Below, in pieces: positions 1-11,537 of a stretch of DNA of 64,000 nucleotides; within the stretch, counting starts at the first letter, position 1; each line of letters opens with the position of its first letter. A program made the position numbers and the translations under genes. Source of the DNA: Octopus vulgaris (taxonomy: Eukaryota); assembly GCA_951406725.2 (NCBI GenBank), contig OX597817.1, positions 45,198,001 to 45,262,000 of the forward strand. Reading direction: 5' to 3'. Below the pieces are notes generated by a model. That model saw nothing but the letters and a program-made list of their open reading frames with translations. It was not told the origin of the DNA and ran no database searches.

Positions 1-120
1 TCATAATAATTTATAGTTACTATTATACGAATGATACTAGTTTTTCTCTCTGTTTCTGCTTCTTTTAATTAAATGCATTTCATTCCATTTAAAATTTAGT
101 CCAACACTACCTTTGTATAT

Positions 121-346
121 ATTTCTTTACTACCCACAAGGGACTAAACACAGAGGGGACAAACAAGGACAGACAAACGGATTAAGTCGATTGCGTCGAC
201 CAGTGCGTAACTGGTACTTTATTTATCGACCCCGAAAGGATGAAAGGAAAAGTCGACCTCGGCGGAATTAGAACGCAGAATATAACGACAGACGAAATAC
301 GGCAACGCATTTCGCCCGGCGTGCTAACGATTCTGCCAGCTCGCCA
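121..346 (-). mobile_element. SINE family A (tRNA-like head GGCGAGCTGGCAGAA.., core GAGGTCGACTTTGCCTTTCATCCTTTCGGGGTCGATAAA, tail ..GTCCCCTCT..GTGGGTAGTAAAGAAAT)
   Basis: Near-identical copies at 1661, 36883, 40962, 52651 and 63713; A-box/B-box-like motifs in the head. Confidence 0.9.
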
Positions 347-507
347 CATTCGCTACTTTTATATAACAGTAATATGAAAAGCTTTATTACCCCGCTGATA
401 GATAAATCCATACTTTTTGAACTAAGAGCCTCTTAAATTCCTTTCCTGTGTGATCTACAACACTGTACACTAATCTCCTTCTCAGTCGTCTCATCTCAAG
501 AACTTAC

Positions 508-607
508 TTTTAACGGTTCAACATAAATCCCCGTGGAATTAATCTGGTATTTCCTTCTCGATGCGTTAGGAAAGCTTGGAAATTCTGTGGACATTGCACG
601 TCCATAT
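508..607 (-). CDS. Candidate internal exon of the minus-strand gene (phase 2 to 0: YGRAMSTEFPSFPNASRRKYQINSTGIYVEPLK)
   Basis: Acceptor cattttattag| and donor AAA|gtaagt; 100 nt open in one frame; two N-glycosylation sequons; phase fits the upstream candidate exons. Confidence 0.4.
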
Positions 608-1660
608 CTAATAAAATGCAAATTATCTCTGCCACGAATTGCTTTTCTGATGAAGATTTACCTCAATCATAAAACTTGGAAGGAAAATGAACATTCCACA
701 ATACTCTCGGAGTATCTACATTGTGTAAAAATCAATACCTATTATTCCTGGACTGAAGAAAGGTTCTAAAATCGGAGAACAGAGGTAAAACAAAAGAAAA
801 TGGAGCTAGAGGCTCATTTAGAACATTTATCGATACTTGCATCGTAAAATCGATTGGAAAGGACATCAATCCATCGATCCATATATACATGTAATGATGT
901 TTATATTATAATGAGATAAGCTTAATAATTTCTCGGCAATAATATAAAATGAAGTATTAATTTTCATTATCAACTCCATCACCGTTATAAAGTTTTATGG
1001 TGTATGTAATCAATAATGACTCAGATATCGATCGCAATGCAATAATTACGAGTTGTTTCAATTTTGAAAATGTAATAATTGGTACAAACTATTCATTAAT
1101 AAATATTAGACGTAGTCACGTGAGATTATAGTTGGAAATAATCATTTCCCTATTTAAAATATCACTATAAATCTTTGTTGTCTTTAATTGAAATATTATT
1201 CATCTGGAGTGAATTTGAATTATCAAATAATTATTTCCACATCATTATATGTTTTGTAATTAACATATATTAGTAATTAGCATATATTCTATTGTATCAA
1301 AAGACGTTTGATACTGTTTAGGTTTGCAATATCATTGAAACATAAACGAACTTGTGCAAGGTGTATGTTATACCCGAAAGTATTTTTAAACAACGTGCTG
1401 GTATATTATTCACCGGACTAAGCAGTTAACTCACCCATAAATTGTAATAAATCAGAGAAAGCATTTAGCCCTTTAAAATTGTCCTATCATGCAATATCCT
1501 ATTCCTGATCATAGCTCTAATTTTACATCTTCCTAGATTTAATGGAAAGTGTTTGAGCAATATATTTCTAAAAGAAACAAACGTAATCATTATGAGAAAA
1601 AGAAAGATAGAGAGGAGAGAGAAATGAGAAAGGGGAATAAAAATAAATCGTATAATAGAT

Positions 1661-1888
1661 ATTTCTTTACTTCCCACAAGGGGCTACACACAGAGGGGAC
1701 AAACAAGGACAGATACATGGATTAAGTCGATTATATCGACTCCAGTGCGTAACTGGTATTTAATTTATCGACACCAACAGGATGAAAGGCAAAGTCGACC
1801 TCGGCAGAATTTGAACTCACAACGTAGCGGCAGACGAAATACGACTAAGCATTTCGCCCGACGTCTTAACGTTTCTGCCAGCTCGCCA
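1661..1888 (-). mobile_element. SINE family A, full length
   Basis: Collinear with the copy at 121-346. Confidence 0.9.
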
Positions 1889-3010
1889 CTTAAGTCGCAT
1901 AATAGAGCGTAGATGTACAATATCTGTATCTACACTGATCATTCTATCAACAGGATTTTTTTACCCTGATTTTCATCCAATATTTCATTCCAGGAGACGC
2001 ATATGGTCGTAGGCGTAAAAGATCACACGATATGTACACGGATTAAATCTAAGGACACTTATTTCGAACCTAAGTGTAGAAATTCCCTAAACAAATAAAA
2101 ACAGGATATATTTGTGGTATACTGAAAAAGGAATGGAAAGAAAACGGCGACAATGAGGATGTCAAACTGATATTCTCTCTCTTCTCTATGTATTCATGTA
2201 TATATCTACATATATATGTTTTGTGGAAGGATCCTGACGACACCCACGGCACTAACAGTGGACTGACCTGTTTCAATACAATAAAAAACTGTCGGAATTG
2301 TCAGCGAGCATGTCACAGGTGGAATTCAAAGAATTGCCACCAGTAGTAGATTTAATAGAAGTTGAACCATTGATGAAGTACTATTAAAAAGAAATATGTA
2401 TGTTAAATTGACAGGGAAAAAAAGAAAGAGTTAAGTGTTTTATGTTATGTTTAAAAAATATTGAAAAATAGAAGAACAATTGTAGATAATGTTTATAACG
2501 GTTCAAATACTTGCAATGGTATGTAACGTGATAAGTAATTGTTATGTAAATACATTATAATAATGGACTGTAGTAAAAACAAATTAATGGTATTCATAAC
2601 TTCATTGTTATATAATCATATCATTCATATTCGTTTTATGTATTGTCCAGTATGTGGTGTCCTGTCTGTTCTTGTTTGTCCCCCTCTATGTTGGGCCCTT
2701 GTGGCTAATAAAGAAACAGTGAACATGTCACAGCGCAGTGTTACTGGAGAACGAAAGAGCAGCAAGATTAAAAGAAATATGTGGCTATAATAAAGAAAGA
2801 AAGAGAACATGTCACAGCGTTGATCGTTCGTGGATTACTGCGTTAGTTTAATAACGTAGTTACGTTTAGTATACTAAGGAGCACGTTATATGGGATTATC
2901 TTGATTCCGCGAAAGGCTATTCTTGACAAGTGTTATGGATAGACTATAATTAAGCTCCAGTTTCGGTGATTATGCGAAGGAGTCCAACGTCGGTCATATA
3001 TCAGCATGTG

Positions 3011-3070
<60 letters not shown>

Positions 3071-3071
<1 letters not shown>

Positions 3072-3158
3072 TTCAGAATGAGATAAAAATTCAAGGCTGT
3101 GAAAGATTTTAGAGTTCTAAAATCTTTCACAGCCTTGGAGTTTCATCTCATTCTGAAA
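3071..3158. repeat. Fold-back palindrome (about 42-bp arms, 2-4 nt loop) next to (TA)n
   Basis: tttcagaatgagataaaaattcaaggctgtgaaagattttag / ctaaaatctttcacagccttggagtttcatctcattctgaaa, 3 mismatches. Confidence 0.9.
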
Positions 3159-3172
3159 AAAATTATGTATGT

Positions 3173-3206
<34 letters not shown>

Positions 3207-3521
3207 AAGTGTGTGTGTGTTTGTTGTAGCTAGTGTAATTGTTAAAGTAATCGTCTGAGAAATTAAAGCTTTGTATGAGAGCACAGACCTCCTCTTAGTA
3301 AACTTTCTAGGAAGTGCTTTCAGTTTTCGATTGCTTGGTAACGACGATGCAGAATACATTACAGTGTGATGGAAATAATAAATTCGAAGAATCTAATGTA
3401 GCTGCTAATCACATAATCTTGTGTAGATATTATGCTTACAAAATTCGATTATATATTCCGAAGACGTATATATGCTGGATTAGTGATGCAATAATTGCAA
3501 ACGCAAATTGTAGATCATTTG

Positions 3522-3648
<127 letters not shown>

Positions 3649-3658
3649 CAATGTGCGT

Positions 3659-3965
3659 GTGGAGGTGCAATGGCCCAGTGGTTAAGGGCAGCGGACTCGC
3701 AGTCGGAGGATCGCCGTTTCGATTCCCAGACCGGGCGTTGTGTGTGCTTATTGAGCGAAAACACCTAAAGCTCCGGCAAGGGGTGGTGGCGACCCTTCTT
3801 GTACTATTTCGCCCCAACTTTCTCACACTCTTTCTTCCTGTTTCTTGAGTAACGCTGCGATGGACTGGCGACCCGTCCAGCTGGGGGGAACACATATGCC
3901 ACAGAAACCGGGAAACCGGGCGCATGAGTCTGGATATGATTGAAAAGGGTGCATAAATAATAAAA
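3659..3965 (+). mobile_element. SINE family C (tRNA-Arg-like head GTGGAGGYGCAATGGCCCAGTGGTTA..GGACTCGC..TTCGATTCCC), tail type 1
   Basis: A and B boxes; head shared with 14535, 17521 and 46478; tail GATGGACTGGCGACCCGTCCAG..GAAACCGGG. Confidence 0.85.
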
Positions 3966-4226
3966 ATAAATGTGTGTATGCGTGTGTTTATTTAATTGTG
4001 CATGTATATATGTGTATATGTGACTGTATGTGTGTGACAGAAATTATAAAGAATACAAGTTGTTGAATGTAAATATATAATTTATTCGAGTGATGTCATT
4101 GTGTATATTTACAATTCAAAGAATGACAAAATTTGCTGAAATTTTAGACAACTTATGGAGTCGTTATAAACATCGTGTAAAATATCTTTATCGAATATTG
4201 TGTAGACTTTGTGTAATATACACATA

Positions 4227-4479
4227 TACTCTTACTCTTTTACTTGCTTCAGTGAATTGACTTTGGCCATGCTGGAGCACTGCCTTTAGTCGAGCAAATC
4301 GACCCCATGACTTATTCTTTGTATGCCTAGTACTTATTCAATCGGTCTCTTTTGCCGTACCACGAGGTTACGGGAACGTAAATACACCTGCATCGGTTGT
4401 CAAGCCATGTTGGGGGGACAAACACAGACACACAAAAATACACACACACACACACACACAGACATACACACACACACAC

Positions 4480-4549
<70 letters not shown>

Positions 4550-4658
4550 GACGGGCTACAGTAGAAGACACTTGCCGAAGTGGCCACGCAGTATGACTGA
4601 ACCCGGAACCATGTGGCTGGTAAGCAAGCTACTAACCACACCGTCACTCCTACGCCTA
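4227..4658 (-). mobile_element. SINE family B with internal (TA)n(TG)n microsatellite, partly deleted
   Basis: Head AGGCGYAGGAGTGRCTGTGTGGT..GGTTCCGGGTTCAGTC; tail ..GACTGAAACAAGTAAAAGAG; about 10 copies in the window. Confidence 0.88.
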
Positions 4659-5133
4659 TATGAAAGTTTTCTGTTACTAGTATGTGGGTGACTTAAGTTG
4701 TCTCCTCTCGAGTTAAACGAAACAGCAGCGGTTGCACTTATGTTATAGACCTCGAGTGCTTTTATCGTTTTGCATGTTATCATCCAGGACAGGTGAAATA
4801 GTGCTTATGACAGGGAAAATGTGTGGAACGGCATTAAATTGGTTGCTTATCCACTAAAATATTCAATGCAGATTCTAAAAGAATATTCTCAAAACTGTTG
4901 ATCCATTATATTAATCGCTCCATTGTATACTTTGAATATCAAAATCTATTAAAAATACTTCATTTATATGCATTTTCAATGAGTATATTAGTTATCATAC
5001 CTAAGTATTATTATGGTTTATTAGTATAATAATATCAACAACAACAATAATAGTATTAATTATTATTATTACTCTTCCAATTCTATATTTAAGAGATGAG
5101 GAATTATGTAGATTATTTACATTACTTACATTT

Positions 5134-5356
5134 GAAGTTAAGCAGTTGTGGTTGATGAAAATGGTTACAGTAGTACCAACATTTGTCGGAGCCCTGGGAA
5201 CAGTGAGCAAAAACCTCGAGTAGTACGTGGAACAAATAGGGGCGGCAATAAGGTTGGAGCACTTGCAGAAAATAACACTGGTTGGAACCGCTCTGGAAGA
5301 TACTCAAATAATAAGAGGTAGTGAACAGCTGATACCGTAGTACATCTCCAGCGTTA

Positions 5357-5357
<1 letters not shown>
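5134..5357 (+). mobile_element. R4/Dong-like LINE 3' fragment (decayed)
   Basis: Translates VKQLWLMKMVTVVPTFVGALGTVSKNLE*YVEQIGAAIRLEHLQKITLVGTA, similar to the C-terminus encoded at 25350-25535. Confidence 0.65.
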
Positions 5358-5429
<72 letters not shown>

Positions 5430-5859
5430 GCTAGCTAGGTAGCTAGCTAAATGATATTCAGAGAGATAGATGTAAATGCATGCATATGTGACAATATATA
5501 TGAAAACTCATATGAATATATGTATATAGTTACACATATGAATGTAGACAAACTCAAATATATACACACATACACACCAGCCTTCTTTTAAAGCATTATA
5601 ACAAAAGACAACTGTTTTAAAGAAGCAGATTTTCTATAGAACAAAAAGTTAAGAATGCCTAGAGATAATAAGTTGCATGGTGCATTGAATACGTAGAAAT
5701 CCGGAAATTCAAAACTAAACTGTGATTCTCCATGAACATTGTCTCTCGCAGAAAACCTTACAATGTCAAACCAGCTGAATAAGTTTTTCCAGAATATATG
5801 TGCATATACATACGCACATCCGTGTACACTTGCAAACTCATAACTAAATATTGGTATTC

Positions 5860-5957
5860 ATATATATGTATATATATATATATGTACATATATATGTATA
5901 TGCGTACATATATATATATGTGTGTATATATATATATACGTGTAAATATATATGCGT

Positions 5958-6006
<49 letters not shown>

Positions 6007-6420
6007 TACATATATATATATGTGTATATATATATATATATATACATATATATATACGTATATATACATATATATATATGTACGTATATATATATATATA
6101 CATATATATATATGTTCGTATATATACATATATATATGTTTGTATATATATATATATGTGTATATATATACAAACATATATGTATGTATATATACGAATA
6201 TATATATATATCTATATATATATATATATATATATATACGTACATATATATATGTATATATACGTACATATATATATGTATATATATATATGGGTGTGTG
6301 TATACATACATAAACCACATGGACGCACATATCTGCAAATATCCATACATATACATATATATATACATGCATATGTATACACACAAACTCATACACGCAA
6401 ACACTCACACACATACACAC

Positions 6421-6481
<61 letters not shown>

Positions 6482-6492
6482 TATAAATATAT
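5860..6492. repeat. Compound (TA)n/(CA)n microsatellite
   Basis: Low-complexity dinucleotide array. Confidence 0.97.
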
Positions 6493-6965
6493 ATGTGTTT
6501 GTGTGTGTGCATATATGTATTTATGTACAATTACAGATATTTCTTCAGTTTTCCTTATACTGGGTTTCTTCTATTATATTATGGTGTGTCGGCATATTAC
6601 GCTTCTGTATGCAATTACTATACTTTCAAAGTATGTCTTGCAGCTTTGCACATGACATACATAACGTATTTCTTTCTGAAATAACTGGAATAGTTATGGA
6701 TTCATATTTTATTGTATTTTACCATGGAAAACGTATAACCATTTTACTATTATTTATCACATTTAAGAATATCGAAATAACATTTTAACGTATCCAAGTA
6801 CGTTATACTACTGAACGGCTAATCAGTTGTGATTCTGAGAGTCATAACCTATACACTGTGTAATATCTTTTAATCACTGCAATGTACACCTATTTCTCAC
6901 GCTTCGACACCCATTTACAATGAACCTCTCTCTCTCCCTCTTCCTTTCGCCTGAATCACTCCCTA

Positions 6966-7039
6966 CCTCTGACGAGATTCTAAGTTTAAATAATTTTAAA
7001 TTTTATATATTAATTTCTTGAATTCAAACAGCTGTAAGG
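6966..7039 (+). ncRNA. Degenerate Penelope-type hammerhead ribozyme in a pseudo-LTR remnant (about 6800-7110)
   Basis: cct-CTGACGA-gattc..gaatt-CAAAC-AGCT-GTA-agg followed by AATAAA; core G12 is altered. Confidence 0.55.
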
Positions 7040-7216
7040 GATGTTTGTTAATTTTTTAATAAATAATAATTTATTAATTACCTCATCATTTTCTTATCTT
7101 ATCAAAATAAAGAAATATATATAAACCACAGTTTATATAGTTACCTTGCAGTTGAGTATTCTTTGTGTAGGTAACTAACCAGTATTTTCATAATATCCAG
7201 TGGCACTGGATATTAA

Positions 7217-7490
7217 TAGTTATCGCGAAGCTAACATGGCAGTCCAGAAAAATAGGACGAATGTTGCCGTTGATTAGCTCCAAGCGGCCATCGCCTTTAG
7301 CTAGCTATGTGATACACGAGCCTGTGTCCATTATAAACTTCGTAAAGGGTAGGTCAGCCGCTTCTCCTTGCTGGTCTGGCACCTACAGGCTAGTTTCAGG
7401 TTATTTGCCACTTATGAATGTAGAGCAGCCGAACCCAGAAGGCGTCGTCTTGACCGTCTATTCTAAGAATTATTATTTACCTAACATTCA

Positions 7491-7491
<1 letters not shown>
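7217..7491 (+). mobile_element. Unclassified TA-associated interspersed repeat, copy 1
   Basis: First ~115 nt (TAGTTATCGC..ATTAGCTCC..GGCCATCGCCTT.AG.TAGCTA..TGATACAC) recur at 13226-13340. Confidence 0.65.
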
Positions 7492-7540
<49 letters not shown>

Positions 7541-7583
7541 AGGTTTGGAGATGATGTACAGGTATTATATATTAGAAGAAACT

Positions 7584-7768
7584 AGGTACTCAGAAAATCG
7601 GATGGTTTATATTTGCAGATATCTATTTGTATATTACATTTTTTATATATATCATATAATTTAGATCAGAAAGCGCTAATACATGTTCTACGTTATATGA
7701 TATATATAAAAAATGTAATATATAAATAGATATCTGTAACTATAAACCATCCGATTTTCTGAGTACCT
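7584..7768. repeat. Inverted repeat with ~76-bp arms and 33-nt spacer between (TA)n arrays; likely inverted Penelope pseudo-LTR ends
   Basis: aggtactcagaaaatcggatggtttata.. / ..tataaaccatccgattttctgagtacct; AGGTACTCA motif shared with 17600. Confidence 0.85.
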
Positions 7769-7775
7769 CATTATT

Positions 7776-8672
<897 letters not shown>

Positions 8673-8680
8673 CATACATA

Positions 8681-11240
8681 TAACTTACTTAGAATAACTT
8701 AGAAAGGTTTTGGCCAGTATTGGCCCAGGCCATGTCTAACTTAATAGCACCACCTGGCGAAGTCTTTCAATTCAGGATTTGGGCACCAAGGCCCTTTCGA
8801 GCAGAGAGTTATTGTTTGCGGAGACATATCCGGGTGTGGGTGGTTCATCCAGGACTGTTTGAAGGAATTTGTCCAAAGACTTCTTGAATTTTGTGTGGTC
8901 AGTTTCTTTTTTGACGTGTCCTGGTGTAACGTTGAAGAGAGCGGGTCCAATTGAGGTGAAATAGTTGTGCCGTATTGTCATTATGTGATGCCGTTTAGAT
9001 TTTTGTTGTGGACGGATGGCACGTGGTCCAAGCCTTGGATGTATTTTGAAGGTGATGCCAACATCATTCGGACAGTGCTGATGGAATATTTTCCACATCA
9101 TACAGATAATGTAGCGTTCACGGCGTCGTTGGAGTGAATACAATTTTCAGGTTCTCTAGTCTACCCCAGTAGTCAAGGTCTGACATGCCATCCATCTTTT
9201 TTGTGATTGACCTTTGGGGAGCTTCAATTCTCATAATATTTTGTTTTGTGTAGGGAGACCACAGTGGACAGCAGTATTCAAGGCGGGGTCGGGCAAAAGT
9301 GGAGAAGAGAAGGATAATAGTGTGGGAATCTCTCGACTGGAAGGTTCTGAGAATCCAGGAACACATTCTGCGGACCATGTCAACTTTGCTGCTTATATGT
9401 GTAGCCCAGCTTATGTTGTTGTCCACTGTTACTCCCAAGTCTCTGATGTTGTTGGATGCCATGAGAATTTCTCCAGAAGGAAGAGAGTATGGGAGTTTCA
9501 GAGCGTCCTCCCTTCCAAAGTGGATCAGTTCGAATTTGTCTTCATTTAGCAACATGTTATTCTTTTCCGCCCATTGGACAACAGCCAGTAGGTCTGACTG
9601 AAGGTTTATTCGGTCATCCACGCCATTGATGACTTTCTGGAGCTTGGAATCATCAGCGAAGGTTCTGATGTTACTGTGTTTGATGGTGTCAGTAATTTCA
9701 TTTATGTAGATGATGAAGAGAAGTGGGCCCAACACAGTGCTTTGTGGAACACCACTGCTGACTTTGGCTGGCCTGGATTTGACTCCTTCGACTACAACAT
9801 GTTGGGTCCTGTTAGACAGGAAGCACTTGATCCACTGCAGCAGCTTTCCAGTGACACCAATATTGGACAGCTTTCTCAGGAGGATCTTATGATCAACCCT
9901 GTCAAAGGCCTTGCTGAAATCAAGGTAGATGACATCAGTGTTGGAACCCTCTCCCAAGGCTCTCAAAATGTCATCAAAATGATGCAGTAGCTGCGTCAGG
10001 CAATCTCTCCCATTACAGAATCCATGCTGGTTGGAGTTCAGCATATTATGACTCTCAAGGAAGTGAGTCATACGCGATCTCAGCACTCTCTCAAATACCT
10101 TAATGATATGAGAGGTGAGTGAGATTGGACGGTAATTCACGGCAAGCGATTTGTTTCCTTTTTTGAAAACTGGGACAACAGTCTGGGATAGAAGGTCTTC
10201 TGGTATATATCCAGCATCCAGTGAGTTCCGCCACAGATTGGCTAGAGGGGGTGCAAGTTGCTTCATTTCCTTTATTGCTGCTAAGACATCAGGAGCGCCA
10301 AAGGTTATGTCCGATAAAGTGTATTGGGGAGTAACATCACTGATACAGCCCAGATCAGTCATATCAGGATTGCTGAAAACAGAGCAATATTGTTTCTGCA
10401 ATATCATTCCCATGGTTTTGGCATTGTCTTGAAGAGTACCATTTTCATCAATCAGAGGGCCAACAGTAGAACCAGTGACACTGTGTTTTTTTTGCAAAGG
10501 AAAAGAACACTTTGGGATTGAGTTTGATCTTCTCAATGGCCCAGGCCTCTTCAGCTCTTCCCTGACTATTGATGATAGACATCATGTTGTTTTGTAGTTT
10601 ATGTTTTTTAATCTCTAGCGACGAGATGGCAGTCAGGTTGGTGTGTTGCTGCTGACAGTATTTCAGCTTATTGATCTTTTTGTTAATTCTTTTAATTTTC
10701 CTGATGAGAGATTTTCTATTTCTAGGGATTCGACACTTAGATTTGTTTGCAGATCTTAATGGGGTGTGTCTTGCACATATGTTCGTAATGGTGTCTACAA
10801 GTGACTGCCAGGACGTTTTGATGTTATTGGGTGTGTATGTGTGCGTGAAGGACCAATCGACTTGTGCAAGATCATTATTGATCGCTTCCCAGTTTGCATT
10901 GTGGAAATCCATAGTGTCAAATGGATGAACAGGAGGGATGACATTTGTTTTGTATTTTGGCCAGTGAAATTTCAGATCACAGAGAACCATGTCATGGTCG
11001 GAGAGTAGGGTTTTCTCCACTGCAATATTGTGGATAGTATCAGTGTGATTGCTGAAAATTAAGTCTAAGACGTTTTTATGACATCTCGTTGGTTCGAGTA
11101 CCAGTTGGGACAGGGAGAAATCATCCATGAAGTCAAGAAGCGATTCCACTGCCTCCCTGTCAGGGGTTGAGAGAGAAGAACCTGGCGGCAAACTGTTTGT
11201 AGACCAGTCAACCCAGGGAAGGTTGAAGTCTCCCATCATT
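8681..11240 (-). mobile_element. 5'-truncated CR1/L2-group LINE; ORF2 (AP endonuclease C-terminal half + reverse transcriptase) pseudogenised by two frameshifts
   Basis: APE motifs GDFNLP, LDLIFSN, SDHDMV; RT motifs YRPISLTS, YLDFSKAFDRVDH, GVPQ..LGPLLF, FADD; frameshifts near 10490 (T run) and 9140; stop at 8772, ~90-nt 3'UTR with CTAAGT-like tail; both ends abut (TA)n. Confidence 0.93.
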
Positions 11241-11246
11241 AATATA

Positions 11247-11281
<35 letters not shown>

Positions 11282-11284
11282 GCA

Positions 11285-11320
<36 letters not shown>

Positions 11321-11355
11321 CATATATATATATCTACATATATATATATATATAT

Positions 11356-11392
<37 letters not shown>

Positions 11393-11412
11393 CAAATATA
11401 TATATATTTATA

Positions 11413-11450
<38 letters not shown>

Positions 11451-11464
11451 TATATATTTATACT

Positions 11465-11498
<34 letters not shown>

Positions 11499-11536
11499 CA
11501 AATATATATATTTATACTTTTATATATATATATATA
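11241..11536. repeat. (TA)n array containing three AAATATATATATTTATACTT-like units
   Basis: Visible directly; a further unit lies at 13447-13466. Confidence 0.95.
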
Positions 11537-11537
11537 A

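Noticed and set aside
3659-3735. tRNA genes at SINE heads
   Set aside because: A/B boxes are present but run into repeat bodies and differ between copies; these are SINE heads
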